Source: Lytechinus pictus
Lineage: Eukaryota
Assembly: GCF_037042905.1 (NCBI RefSeq)
Contig: NW_026974140.1
Location: forward strand, 17,980,001-18,044,000
Length of the DNA stretch: 64,000 bases
Reading direction: 5' to 3'
Shown: piece after piece, positions 14,401-27,300 of the stretch
How positions within the stretch are numbered: the stretch's first letter is position 1
How the letters are laid out: each line of letters starts with the position of its first letter
Program-made: the position numbers and the translations under genes
The notes under the pieces: model-generated
The model's input: only the letters and a program-made list of their open reading frames with translations
The model's database searches: none
Told to the model about the DNA's origin: nothing

Positions 14401-16891
14401 CGCTTTCCGAACTTTAAACATTTTCATGGTTGAACGAGCACATTCGAAAACTTAGGAATGAATACTCTTTATACTGCATAAATGTATTCTTTTCCTAACA
14501 ATTTCTCATGATCAGTTTAATTTATGGATAAATCAGTGGTGGACCCAGAATTTTAAAATGGGGGAGGGGCCTATAATCGGGGGAGCCACCAACATTTTCA
14601 AATTTTAACATGATCTAACAAGTTGTAGAGATACTACCATAAACCCCTATGATGATACGTCACAATACAGGGGCAGCGGGACGGTTTTCAAAGTGGGGGG
14701 GGGAATGAGCCAAAAGCGGGGGGGGGGCTGACCATGCAAAAAATCATTATCGTATGGTAATTTTTACATTTTTGTACATGCTTGAGGCTGAAGCCCTCCC
14801 GACCCAGCCCCCTCCCCCGCTTCCGCGGCCCCTGCAATACATTGTGCTCACTCAACCATGAACATACGATATCAAAATTGTGTGTGGAGTGGCTAAATGA
14901 TGGATAGTTAAACAGCATAACACCATAAAATTCACCTAAAAACAACTTTTGCCCAACTTTGTATTTGCACAATCTGAAAAACGACTCTTGTGACTTTCAA
15001 AAATTGTCATTTTTAATTCAATCTTTAATTACTCATGCATGACTCAACCGATCAATCTCATTTTTCCTCAGGAGTTGTTTAATGAGTGTACAAAACCACC
15101 TACGAAATATCATATCTCGAAATAATTCCGCTCAAAAGTTACAGCAATTTGATTTAGGGGGGACTTACTTTTTTTGTTGTGTATATTTCTTATTGCTTTG
15201 ATTATTATGAATATTAATGAATCAGCAAGTAGTATTTTGGTAATATCATACATGCAATTCCTTGTTTCTGATTTATGTTTAATTAACATTTCAAAACGCC
15301 TGATACAACTGAAAAGGGAATTAGAGACTAGTCAGAATTTGAATAGACCTCGATCATCGACGTTTTTATATAATTATTTACCTTTCTCAGAGCATATTCT
15401 ATATCTTTGGCTTGGTAAGCAGGGTTGAGGTTAACCAAGATGGCGCCTATTCGTATGGTAGCAAACATGGTTAAGACCCATTCTAGAGTATTTGGTCCCC
15501 AGATACCAATACGATCACCTCGATTGACACCAAGAGAGAGTAGACCAGCTGATAGACGATCAACCTTTAGACACAAACAGTGAGGATGGTGTTTAAAATC
15601 TTATTAAAGTTTATTTGGAGGGAATTCGGTATGTTACTGGTTGAGGTAAGTCACCAGTTTGCATCTCCCTTCCTTCAATATGCTATTCAGTTAATAAATT
15701 TATTGTAAGAGCCAATAGATGTTATTTAGCCCATAAGAACGTTTAATTTTGTGAAACGCCTACCAAACAAGATGCCACGATTGTCACTCTCAATCGTTCC
15801 ACGCCGCCTCCACCTCATCACCATCAATTGTTGTCATCATATCGTCCTCATCGAAGTCATTACCAACACCACCACGTCAACATCATTGCCAANNNNNNNN
15901 NNNNNNNNNNNNNNNNNNNNNNNNNNNNNNNNNNNNNNNNNNNNNNNNNNNNNNNNNNNNNNNNNNNNNNNNNNNNNNNNNNNNNNNNNNNNNNNNNNNN
16001 NNNNNNNNNNNNNNNNNNNNNTATCATCACCATCATCATCGTTGTCATCACCATCATCACCATCGTCATCATGATCATCATCATCAGCAGCAGCAGCATC
16101 ACCATCATCAATATCACCACCGTCTTCATCATCGAATCATCACTGTCATTGCATCGTCATGATCGTGTTTTTTCGTTAACCATTACATGTACCTTGGTCG
16201 AGGAACAAAAATCCCAAAGAAGTAATAATTCCATGTAAAATCAAACTAACAATTTGGTGAGTTATAATTCGATATGGTTACTCTAGCCTGTGGGGTCCCA
16301 AACAAAGCGAATGCTATAATACGCACATGTTAACATGTAAAATATCGTATTTTACTTGCAGCTTTCAACAGTCTTAACTTTACCATAAGAGAATATCACA
16401 GTATTTATATAATAGATAACATTTGTTTACAATGTAAGTTTCAGGTGCTTTACTAATCAAATATTACCTTCTCGTATATGGTTGTATATTATTCAACATT
16501 ATACAAATGACATCAAAAGTGCATTACTAGTATCTAATTAGACCACTCCAACTGACTTTCTCTATCACATTTTCAAATCAACATGTTCCGCTATGACTAT
16601 TAGAACATAAAAAACAAGATTTTATTTGAAAAGAAAAATTGTGGAGATTAAGTATGAATAAGTCGAATATGAATATCAACCTGTTGTCTAAATTGGTAGT
16701 AGGACAATCGTTGATCGGGGAAGATGACGTACTCCTGATCGGGTGCTTTCTCAGTTGCTATGTCCAGTAATTGACCAATTGTGTTAGGTATGAGAGGAAA
16801 ACTTGTCTTCTGGTCAAAGTCATGACCATGGGCGTAGCTGATTGTATACTTACATCGATTTGACCCAACTTTAGACGTCGTTTGACTCGGT
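5437..16891 (-). CDS. ACSF2: ACSF2-like medium-chain acyl-CoA synthetase (copy A); 12 coding exons seen, first exon(s) not located
   Basis: Exons with AG/GT ends and consistent phases: 16891-16681, 15564-15382, 12701-12583, 12173-12008, 11600-11502, 11161-11022, 9200-9029, 8610-8503, 7778-7627, 6992-6851, 6055-5945, 5580-5437 (TAA). AMP-binding motifs [54 protein letters not shown]. Confidence 0.9.
7905..8356. mobile_element. Degenerate MITE (CACTRGYGTA ends, GAGCGAAGCGAGC motif)
   Basis: Ends read cactagcgta...tacaccagtg. Internal motifs are shared with the 35.6-39 kb element family. Confidence 0.45.
9380..10930. repeat. ~53-54 bp minisatellite in an ACSF2 copy A intron
   Basis: Unit gggtgacgaaacgatcacagatacagggagagggtgacgagattataacagtg, repeated about 28 times. 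A 430-bp higher-order duplication is visible (9661 vs 10091). Confidence 0.97.
12833..12989. mobile_element. Palindromic PIF/Harbinger-like MITE
   Basis: About 65-bp inverted arms (gggcccgttt...aaacggaccc) with a CAG direct repeat on both sides. Confidence 0.85.
13093..15181. mobile_element. Non-autonomous Tc1/mariner-like DNA transposon (~2.1 kb)
   Basis: TIRs cacaacaa(c)aaaaagtaagtcccccct / aggggggacttactttttttgttgtg, flanked by TA. A recurring internal motif resembles TTCAYGGTTGAAT. No transposase ORF. Confidence 0.8.
14668..14834. mobile_element. Small CAGGGGC-ended MITE nested in the Tc1-like element
   Basis: TIRs caggggcagcgg / ccgcggcccctg, with CAATA directly repeated on both sides (5-bp TSD). 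Confidence 0.75.
15805..16160. repeat. (CAT/CAC)n low-complexity microsatellite spanning an assembly gap (about 15892-16021)
   Basis: Direct reading. Confidence 0.9.
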
Positions 16892-17879
16892 CTGAAAATG
16901 TACACAGTGAGCATTGTTTAAACATGATGAAATCAATTATGATGACAATGATTATATCCCCTTTTATATGTTTTAATGCATTAAAAACTCTTTTCATTAT
17001 TTCTTTTTTTTTGTTAAATAATAATACCTGAATCATACCTGTGTTTATTGTACATATATATATATACTTCCATGCGATTAAAAACAAAAATAAGTGCTTA
17101 TTATTCTACTCAAACATTTGTTTCGTGTTCGTTTATTTGTTTTACTATTTCAATACTGAATTTAAAAAAAACCCTGCTATCAGCCGTTTGGCTGTTTTCA
17201 GCAAGTCCGTATATACAAGTCAATACAATAAAGTAAATTCAACATAAACACAATAACATAACTCAAACAAAAGATATAGATAAATAACTAATCAAATACA
17301 AATATGAATTAAATCAAGAGATATTGAGAGAACAAAAAATAAAAGAAATCATAATTCAAGAATGAAAACAGAAGAAATATCTTTTTGAAACTGTGATAGT
17401 GTAGATCTTGCTCTGAAATATTCCGGTAGCTGATTGAATAAATGGGTTGCAGTGTATAGTAGGTGTACTGTTTTTACAAAAAATTGTTTTGGGGTTTGGG
17501 CATTTGTGATTTAAAAGCAAAGTTTCTGAGATTATATGATGACACATTAAATATTAGAGCTAATAACTTACATGATAGGACGGTGGCATTTTATCGAAGA
17601 CAACGCTCCGAATTTATATGACGAGCGAAGACCATTTCGAAGGGCGTTAAATCCTAATAACATTCCCATTTTAACTGCAGTCTGTAGTATTGACGTGTAT
17701 GTTAAGTTCAGTCTTTTTGTGAGAGCATAATGTGCAACCGAATTCAATAGATGGATACAATGTGATATCGGTACGGAAGCGGGTCATATTTTGACCTTTT
17801 TCCTGTAGTGGCGAACCTGGAGGGGCAAACTAGGGGTCATCAAAGTGTCGCCGCCATTTTCGGATAGCCTTCTCCACGT

Positions 17880-18050
17880 AATAAATATATAAATAAATAA
17901 ATAGATAAATAAATGAATAAATAAATAAATAAATAAATGAAAAAATGAATGAAAAAAAAATGAAATAAATAAATGAAAACAAGATAAATGGAAAAATAAA
18001 TAAATGGAAAAATTAATAAATGAAAATAAATACATAATTAAATAACTAAA
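17880..18050. repeat. (AAAT)n-like microsatellite
   Basis: Direct reading. Confidence 0.85.
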
Positions 18051-21000
18051 TAACAAGCAATTTTGGCCACCCCTTCCAACTGGGTATGCTAGTATTACAT
18101 TGGTATCATTCTCGTAATATTTGCACTGCATCATCTTCATTACTGTTTGTGCATCAAACCTTGAAATAAGATCTATTCAGTTTTCATAGCAGTTCATGGG
18201 GAAGGTTAACGTGAATGTGGCAGAATGCGCTGCAATGATAGCAGTTTAATTTGGGAATAGAATCCTATACGCAGTGGTGCTAAAAGTATGAACCCCACCA
18301 GAAAATGAACAATTTCAAGTATTCAAGTTTTGCCATGTTTTATATATTTAATTGTGAAGTCAGTTGATAAAATATTACATTCAATAAAGTTTGTTCCTCT
18401 GGGCTCGCCGAACATTGTAGGGTTGTTGTCTACATTCAACACTCACCATGAAGGCGTGTTATTTGTTGCGGGGTTCACTAACTTTTGAGCACAACTGTCG
18501 GTCTATGTTTGACTCAATCTGTCTAAAGTGAACTGGCATGTACTGATTTCTCTCCATTGTGATTTTAGTCGAAATTTGTTGAATATATTAAAATCTTACT
18601 CATTTGACTTGACTCCATACCTAAATAAATAAATGTAATTTTTTGGGACTCGCCCGCTTGCAAATAATCAGATTTTATAGCGCGATGTAAACAACGTCAA
18701 GCCCCAAGCTTACAATCATTTTGCCTCCTTCGATCTTTGTATATAGCCATTATATTAGGGGACCAATTCGAGGTTGTTGGTTTCTCATGACTTAAATCTA
18801 CAGAAGTATATTGGGGAAACCAAACAACAAAAATACAATCAAACATATAAGCAATGTCAAGGTTTAAGATTCGAGCATTTGAACAGCATGGATCTTTAAT
18901 TGACATATCGTTTGGATCTGCATGGTTTGGTCTTATCAAGATTTTTTTATATAGAGATGCGTAGTAGAAGCCTTATAGGCATAGGGACTACAACATATCT
19001 ACTCCTGCACCTTTTCTGTTTGGATGGGGGAGGGAGTGGCGGGATGCGAGGCATTACAGTATATGGCTTGGATTTTCTATTTTAATTTGTCTTTACTTGA
19101 AGATACATGTATTCACCTTTCACCAGATTACCCATCCTCTCCTCTAGCTCTGGACATCCCTCTGGTTTCCGCTTCTGCCCTCCTCTCTCCCTCCCTCTTT
19201 AAGCCCCCCCCCCCCCCCGTGGCTTCCTCGCCCCTCCACCCTTTTCCCCTCCCTCTCGCCTTTCTTTCATCCGCAATTCCGTATCTCTCTTATATCCTGG
19301 TTCTGCTCTCCTCTATCACCCTCTCTCCCTTTTCCTCTCTCTTGTCCCCATCCTTCCTTTTCTCTCTCTTGTCCCTTCACTAACCTTTTATCTTAATATC
19401 TTGTATCATATTAAATTAACTCATATCTCTCCCTACCCCTCTCAGATAGCCCACTCTCTTCCTCATCCCTCTTTCTCACAAATTACAAACCCTCGTCTCA
19501 ATTGTGAATATCAATCTTTACAGAAATATAAGTTATGATATGCAATATCTCCATTGAGCAGTCATTGCGAAACACAATGCAGTTGAGTTATCAATGCTCA
19601 TTATGCACCCCACCCCTTAATCTAGTTCAAGGCTCTTTTTCATTTGGCAAGTGAATATACCAAGCAGTGTGAACCCACTACCCCAAGAACCTGTACTCCC
19701 TGTACTTTGAGAAACCTCTATTTTTCTTGAAGTAAAGGTTCTCGAGGCCGTGCTGACTGGGCTAGGCATAAGGTTGGTGAAAAAAAAGAATTCAGTAAAA
19801 TAGAGTCTAGAACTATACTAACCCCATCCTCTGAGAAAGAGAGGGGGGGGGGGCCTTCTGCCATCAGTCCAATTACATCTCTTTTTCATCAGTAGTCAGG
19901 TGATTAACCAAGAGCCAAAGAATTATAGAAACATCACTAAAACCATTTACATATTGTAAAAGTGATAATCATTCCTATTTTAATATTTCAATTGTAAACT
20001 CTCACCACCATATTGAAAAAGGAAGACAAAATCCCTGATCCTTAGACCCTAGCACCTTACATGTTCATAATTATGAGGGTTTGAACAACCAGGACAGGAA
20101 ATGAAATCATAATTGGTGCAGACATATTATATGTAGAAACCAAATCATATGGTTTGACATTAAATTGTGCAAAAAAAATCTTATAAGGATATAGAGTATT
20201 TAAGAATTGTACACACAATATCATGATAAAACTGGACTGCTATTATCTTATTACATTAAACCTGCATGCTTATCATTGTCTTATCTTTATTAAACATATA
20301 TGCTAATCTAATGCAAAATAGCACCACAGATGATTAAAAATGATTAGAGATGATATAAGCTGCTTTCTTTACACTTATTATCTCAGATATCAGATGTCCT
20401 ATGATAAAATAAAACCTACATCCAAAATATGATTTAATTGAAACCAAGAGATCAGAATTCTTGATATAAAATTAACTTTGATTCTTGATATAAAATAAAA
20501 TCTCACTTCTACTTCAAATAAAAAAGTGACAAAAAATTATTCAATATATCATTACATTTGTTTCAAGACATAATCACATTAACTGACCTTTGCCATATAA
20601 GATTGCATTTAAAATTTTCCACTGCTTATATCACTTTCATACCCCCACTTTGAAAGTAAAATCTAATCTTGATTATTAATTTGAATAATTGTAGAAACTC
20701 TCAAATTGTAAAAGGATGTTTTTTTAATAATGTACCTCAGAAATGACTGTGCTATGAAGCAGGAACAACAGCATGTCTAAAGATGAAAGAAATAAGTGAA
20801 CACTGTGTGTTTGGAGAGCATTATACAGTAATCTTCAATTTTAAACATTAACATGCTTATTACAGTACAGTGATGATTGCCTGCCAAAATTTGTTAGAAT
20901 TAGACATGAGTAGCAGACAGTGATGTTTTGCTTACTTCAATGAACATCTACATTATTTCAGGAACAAAAAATATGATCTGGAAGAAAAGATTTCAGGCAA

Positions 21001-21558
21001 TAAAAACGATTATTTCAAACCTGCACAATATGATAAATAACTTGATTGCCATAAATATTCTTAAAATGAACATCACCGTATTTGACATCTTAATGTCTTC
21101 CATTTAATACAAATTCCCAAATAATATTTGGTAGAGGTCTGCATAGACCTATTTAGGTTGGCTGTTAAATGACTGATTCAGAAATCACAGCAAGAGTTGA
21201 AAATTCATGATCTAGAATTCATCGAAGTTTACAATCTTTGATTATAAAAGATGATACTATGAAATATCTTGCAAAATATACATACATAATTGCCCTAAAA
21301 AAATCTTAAACAGTATAAAAACAAAAAGATCATAATGATCATAAACACATGACATCATTGCTGTAGAAGGATAACTGAACTGGATATGATAACATATGCA
21401 AAATAGATTGGAGCACAACTCCCCCTGGGTAATGCAAGTCTCTCCATTGATTGAACATACACAATTTTTTTTAAAGCAATCAAAATAACAGTTTGCATAT
21501 CATGTTTAAATCCCCTTTGATTATCAAAGTCATTGCTGTCATAATCTACAATCACTTT

Positions 21559-21996
21559 GACACTGTTCCCACTACCTTCCTAAAACTAGTTTACTGGAAA
21601 CCAGTTTAACGTGTAATGAGAATGGTCAAAGCGATCTTGGAAGCCATTTTCCAAACCGGTTCATAAAACCACTTGCGATGTAGTTTTCAAGATCGCTTTG
21701 CCTCGTTAAACTGGCTTTAGCGAGGACACAACTGTTCTTTGGGAAGCGATCTTCGCACATTTTGAGCACGCTACTCTAAACAATGTGTGTAGAATGCCTA
21801 TGATGTGGTTTCCAATTTCGCACCAAATGTGTTACCCCACTGAGAGCATTCCCATAGCAACAAGCTTTACGTGAAGTGATTTTGAAAACTACTTTCGGGT
21901 GATCAAATGGGAAAACTAGCAAAGCGATCTTCCAAACTGATTTCCTGAACCGGTTCCAAGTAGACTACTTTTAGAAGGCGTAATGAGAACGGGGTC
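21559..21996. mobile_element. Harbinger-like MITE
   Basis: Imperfect TIRs gacactgttcccactaccttcctaaaactagt / actacttttagaaggcgtaatgagaacggggtc with TTT on both sides. Internal AAGCGATCTT repeats. Confidence 0.7.
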
Positions 21997-22035
21997 TTTG
22001 ACCACTTTGTTTGATGCGCATTTTAACAATCTTAA

Positions 22036-23571
22036 AGGACAAGTCCACCCCAACAGAAAGTTGATTTGAAATAATAAGAGAAAAATCCAACAAGCATAAC
22101 ACTGAAAATTTCAACAAAATCATATGTAGAATAAGAAAGTTATGACAAGTTCCACTTAATTTCACAAAACAGTTATATGCACATCCTGGTCGGTATACAA
22201 ATGAGGAGACTGATGACGTCGTCCATTCACTATTTCTTTTGTATTTTATTACATCAAATATCCAAATTTTCTCCTTATTGTCATGTGAAACAGATAAATT
22301 CCTCCCTGAACAGTGGAATTAGTATTGTTTTAATACTATATGGTTCAGTCAAGTTGGTCCTTATTGTCATATCTGTAAAAAATGAATATTGTATAATTCA
22401 AACAATAAAAAACAAAAGAAATAGTGAGTGAGGGACATCATCGACTGTCTCATTTGCATGACACCGAGTTGTGCATCTAACTGTTTTGTGAACAAGTGGA
22501 ATGCCTCTGGCCGTCTCACCTGCATCACGCGATTCAATATAGCAGCAGTGCTGATTTTGAAAACTACTATAACTCGCACAAGATGTTCAGTGATACTTGG
22601 TTACTCTTATTTCCACGTTTTATGAACTAGACCAATACACTTATAGAGATATGATGGCAATTCAACAAATACCCCCAACGTGGCAAAAGTTCTTTGACCT
22701 TAACATGACCTTTGACCTTGATCATGTGACCTGAAACTTGCACAGGATGTTCAGTGATACTTGATTACTATTATGTCCAAGTTTTATGAACTAGACCAAC
22801 ACACTTTCAAATTTATGGCTGTAATTCAACAAATACCCCTATTTGGCCAAAGTTCATTGACCCTAAATGACCTTTGACCTTGATCATGTGACCTGAAACT
22901 TGCACAGGATGTTCAGTAATACTTGATTACTATTATGTCCAAGTTTCATGAATCAGATCCATAAACTTTCAAAGTTATGATGGTAATTCAACAGATACCC
23001 CCAATTCGGCCAAAGTTCATTGACCCTAAATGACCTTTGACCTTGGTCATGTGATGTGAAACTCAAGCAGGATGTTCATTGATACTTGATTAACCTTATG
23101 TATAAGTTTCATGAACTAGGTCCATATATTTTCTAAGTTATGATGACATTTCAAAAACTTAACCTTAGGTTAAGATTTTGATGTTGATTCCCCCAACATG
23201 GTCTAAGTTAATTGACCCTAAATGACCTTTGACCTTGGTCATGTGACATGAAACTCAGGCAGGATGTTCAGTAATACTTGATTAACCTTATGGCCAAGTT
23301 TCATGAACTAGGTCCATATACTTTCTAAGTTATGCTGTCATTTCAAAAACTTAACCTCAGGTTAAGATTTGGTGTTGACGCCGCCGCCGCCGTCGGAAAA
23401 GCGGCGCCTATAGTCTCACTCTGCTATGCAGGTGAGACAAAAATAAGCGAAAACCCAAAATGTCATAACTTTCTTATTTTACATCCGATTTTGTTGAAAT
23501 ATTCAGTATTATTCTAGTTTGATTTTTCTCTTTTAATTCAAATCAACATTTTCGTGGGGCGGACTTGACCT
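22036..23571. mobile_element. Kolobok-like MITE (TTAA target, AGG.. termini) interrupted by a Helentron-like element
   Basis: Ends read ttaa|aggacaagtccacccc ... ggggcggacttgacct|gtaa, with about 110-bp imperfect TIRs. Confidence 0.75.
22491..23443 (-). mobile_element. Helentron/DINE-1-like non-autonomous element with central 162-192 bp tandem repeats (copy 1)
   Basis: Subterminal inverted repeats GTCTCACCTGCAT (22513-22525) and ATGCAGGTGAGAC (23426-23438), a terminal hairpin, an A5/T5 end, and tandem units containing TGACCTTTGACCT. A second copy lies at 60326. Confidence 0.8.
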
Positions 23572-24376
23572 GTAAGGACTTTTTTTTCTCTCTGTCAGCT
23601 TTGGCCTGACAAGACAAACCTTAAAAAAAGGAAGTGTGTATGTTAGTACCCATGGCGTATCAATCATACAAAGAAAATAATAAGATGAATTTAAATAGTG
23701 CATCCACTAAATAAATATAACCGACTATGAACAGATTAGAAAATCCTAGTGCTTACACTGCAAAAAATAAAACAATCTATTTGAATTGGGGAAGTATCGA
23801 AGAAGACTACATTATGATTTATTCAGCACAAGTTGAGTCATTTGGCAACTCTAGATGATTTGTGATTGTGATGAGCCGTGTTTGTGATGAGCTTAGACTT
23901 ATTTGGTGAAAAAATCTATGAAACACATACAGCTGCTTCTCATTTGCATCCATTCATTTTCCCACTCACAATGGTTATGAGTCAAGTTCATATTTTCATA
24001 TCTGTGCATCTGGATAATTATTATAAATTCAGGAGCATACAAATTGCAGTTTAAATAATGCATAATAAAATGATAGGTAATAATATGCACACACAACATT
24101 TCTTTACCACATGTATGTCCACATTGAGTATCTATTATTTATCACCTAAAATGCATCTTCACAAAATCTGAAGCAATAAATTATGTGAAGATGCAATTTC
24201 AGGTGATAAATAATAGATACAACACAACATATAAGATGAGAAAGACAGACAGCTTTGGAAAATACTACAACATTTTATTCATGCTGCAAATCACATGCTA
24301 TCTTTAAGATAATTTGTGAATAATATATCTCATTACAGATTATGTACTATCACCAGTCATGAAACAAACATTGTTA

Positions 24377-27300
24377 TCATTGACTAGTTACAAACGGTTC
24401 CATCACCTTATGTATTCCTTCCTTAAAGGGCGTGGTCTGTCCGATACCCAAAGCTTCCAGTTTAGACCGGTCCATGGAACAATCTTTGGGGCGTAATGTT
24501 CCCCCCGTTGGTTGGATTGGGTTTGGTTTCAAGTGATCATGAGGAAGGTTGAATGCATTAGCTAGGGTGGTTATCATGGTGTATTTAGTCATGAACTCAG
24601 ATCCACACCAATGGAACACACCATTCAATTTCTGAGGATCCTAAAGAGATACAAAAACATTTAGTAGATTAAATGTTCACATCACATAAATTTTGTTAGA
24701 ATCCTGAATATACAGAGAAACAAATGGAATAAATTTTTATTTTAAAATTTATTTTAAATTGAACATACAAAGCAGTTAATTAACCAATACAACTAATAAC
24801 TGTATGTGAGAGAAAAAAAAGGGAAAATATTAAGGATGGAAATACATGTTAATAGATATTAATTGAAGTTTAATTCTCTTTATGAGAAGATCTGTCAGTG
24901 ATTTTTTTTAAATAACTGTTACAAGCTGCCGAAACCTTCCGTTTAATTGGCTAAGAATGCACATGTCCATGAAAATCACTGTCTAGATATTTTGTGTAAT
25001 TTTCCCAAGGAATTTGAAGTCTCACAAATATGAGCGTTATAAAAAAAGTTCAATGTTATTATTAATAACATTGAACTTTTTTTATATGTAACTGAAAATT
25101 GTTTAAAACAATTTTCAGTTACATACTGGAGTCTGGCATCTTCCCTGATTGTTGGAAGAACTCTGACATTGTCCCTATTCCCAAGACTTTCCCCTGTAAC
25201 TCTGTTGATCTGTTAAGACCAATATCTCTTACCCCCACCTTTGCTAAGGTTTTTGAGTCATTCTTAACCAAGTGGTTGTATCAGGATATCAGAAATAAGA
25301 TAGATAAGCAACAGTTTGGTAACATTAAAGGATCATCAACCTCCCACTATATGATAAGCTTGATTGATTCAATCCTCAAAGGTACTGATAAACCTGGTCA
25401 TGTTGCCACTTTATGTACTATTGATTATGCTAAGGCGTTTGACCATATAAATCACAATGTATTAATTGAGAAATTGATTGACCTTGGCATTAATCCCAAC
25501 ATTATTGTATTGCTATGTAGCTATCTAAGTAATAGATCTCAAAGTGTTCGAGTTGGGTCTATTCATAGTAATTTAGCAAGAACTACCTGTGGTGTCCCGC
25601 AAGGGACAAAGCTCGGACCCATTCTTTTTTTTATCATGATCAACGACGTTGCTACGTCTACTCCCCTAAGATGGAAATATGTGGATGATTTGAGTGTTGC
25701 TGAAATCAGATACAAATCACAACCCTCTACCCTACAGGAACATATATCTTTGATTTCCAAATGTTCTTCTGATATGCAAATGACCCCATCAGTATTTGAG
25801 ATGATGTTCTTCAGTCCATTGAGTCTGTTAAGCTACTTGGTGTCTACCTACAATCCGACATGAAATGGAATATACATGTGGATTATGTCATCAAACAAGC
25901 TTCAAAACGAATGTATATTCTTTGTGTACTTAAGAGATACAATGTCCCAATGAGTGATTTGGTTGCTATTTATAGCATGTATATTAGGCCACTGGTCGAA
26001 TATGCCTCACCAGTTTGGTCATCCTCCATAACTGCCCAGCAATCGGATAAGATTGAACGTGTACAAAGGAGGGCCTGTCGTATAATGTTAGGTTATGGTA
26101 ACTATATTGATTATCTTCATGCCCTTGAGTGTTTGGACATCCCAACCCTTGCTGATAGACGCTTTCAATTACTTACAATGTTTGTCAGGTCTTTTGTACA
26201 ATCAAGGCATGCACGCATGCTTCCACAGCGTAGAGATGCCTTGCCAAATTTCCGTCAGTTGAGAAATTCTGATCCTCTTTGCCGTTTACCTTGCCGTACT
26301 TCTAGGTACCAAAATTCATTCCTACCTCAAGCAGTAAAGATAATTAATGATTTGAAGCTTGTTTGATTTCACTTCTAACTTGTATCTTGTGTTGATGAAC
26401 AGTACTTTTATTTTTCTCTCTCCTCTTTTCTGTCCTCTTTTTTCTATTCTTTTCTGTTCTGTCTTCTGTTATTCTTTCTTTTCTCTCTCCTCTTGGATTT
26501 CTCTGTCCCCTCCTCCTTGCTTCTCCTCCTTTCTCTTTCTTCTCTCCCCTCCTCTTCCACTCTCTCCCTTTTCCTCCCTCTCTTTCCTTTTCCTCTTTCT
26601 CTTTTTCCTCTCTTCCCTTCTTTTCTCTCTCCTCTCTTGGAATTCTCTGCTCCTCTTTGCTTCTTCCCCTTTTGTCTTTCCTCTCTCTCCTTTCTCCCCT
26701 CCTCTCCTTCATCTTTCTTTTTCCCTCTCTTTCTCCCCTTCCTCTTCCTTTTCTTTCTGCCTTTTCTCTCCTACTTTTCCTCAGGATTTTTTTTTTTTTT
26801 TTTTTTGGTACTGTTTCAGGTTTTGAATCTTAGATGGTTTGCAATTTATCTACTCATGTGCAATATCAACACTGCTTCGACTTCCTTCGGGAGTCTACAT
26901 GTATTTCCTCAGCTCTACTTTTCCCTTTTTTGTGCTCGTTTCGATGCAACTACTACTTTATTTACTTGTTACCATTGTTAAATGTCTTGTATTGCATAAT
27001 TTTTTTTTTTCTGAAGGTTGCCTCCTATTCTCTTTCAAATTCCACCTCTTGCTTTCCCTTCTCTTTGTCTTATCCCAATTTCTTTCCCTTCTCCCACCTC
27101 TTTTCTCTTCTCTCTCTTTCTTCTTAATCTTTCATTCCTCTTTTTTTCTTCCTTGGTGACACTTTGTAGTACTTATGGTCTTTTGTATTTATTTATGATA
27201 CATTTCTTTTTCATTTGTATGAATTTGTATTGTATTTGATATTTATTTATAATGTTTACATTATATTTTGTTATGATTCTATTTGTATGTAAACATTCAC

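Noticed and set aside
18446-18620. Candidate first exon of ACSF2 copy A (GTGAGT donor near 18446)
   Set aside because: All three frames contain stops before the donor. It could be UTR or degenerate but cannot be supported as CDS.
26344-27239. Lys/Glu/Arg-rich and Phe/Ser/Leu-rich ORFs (also 35603-35985, 37436-37868, 15751-16238)
   Set aside because: They are translations of polypurine/polypyrimidine or (CAT)n low-complexity tracts.
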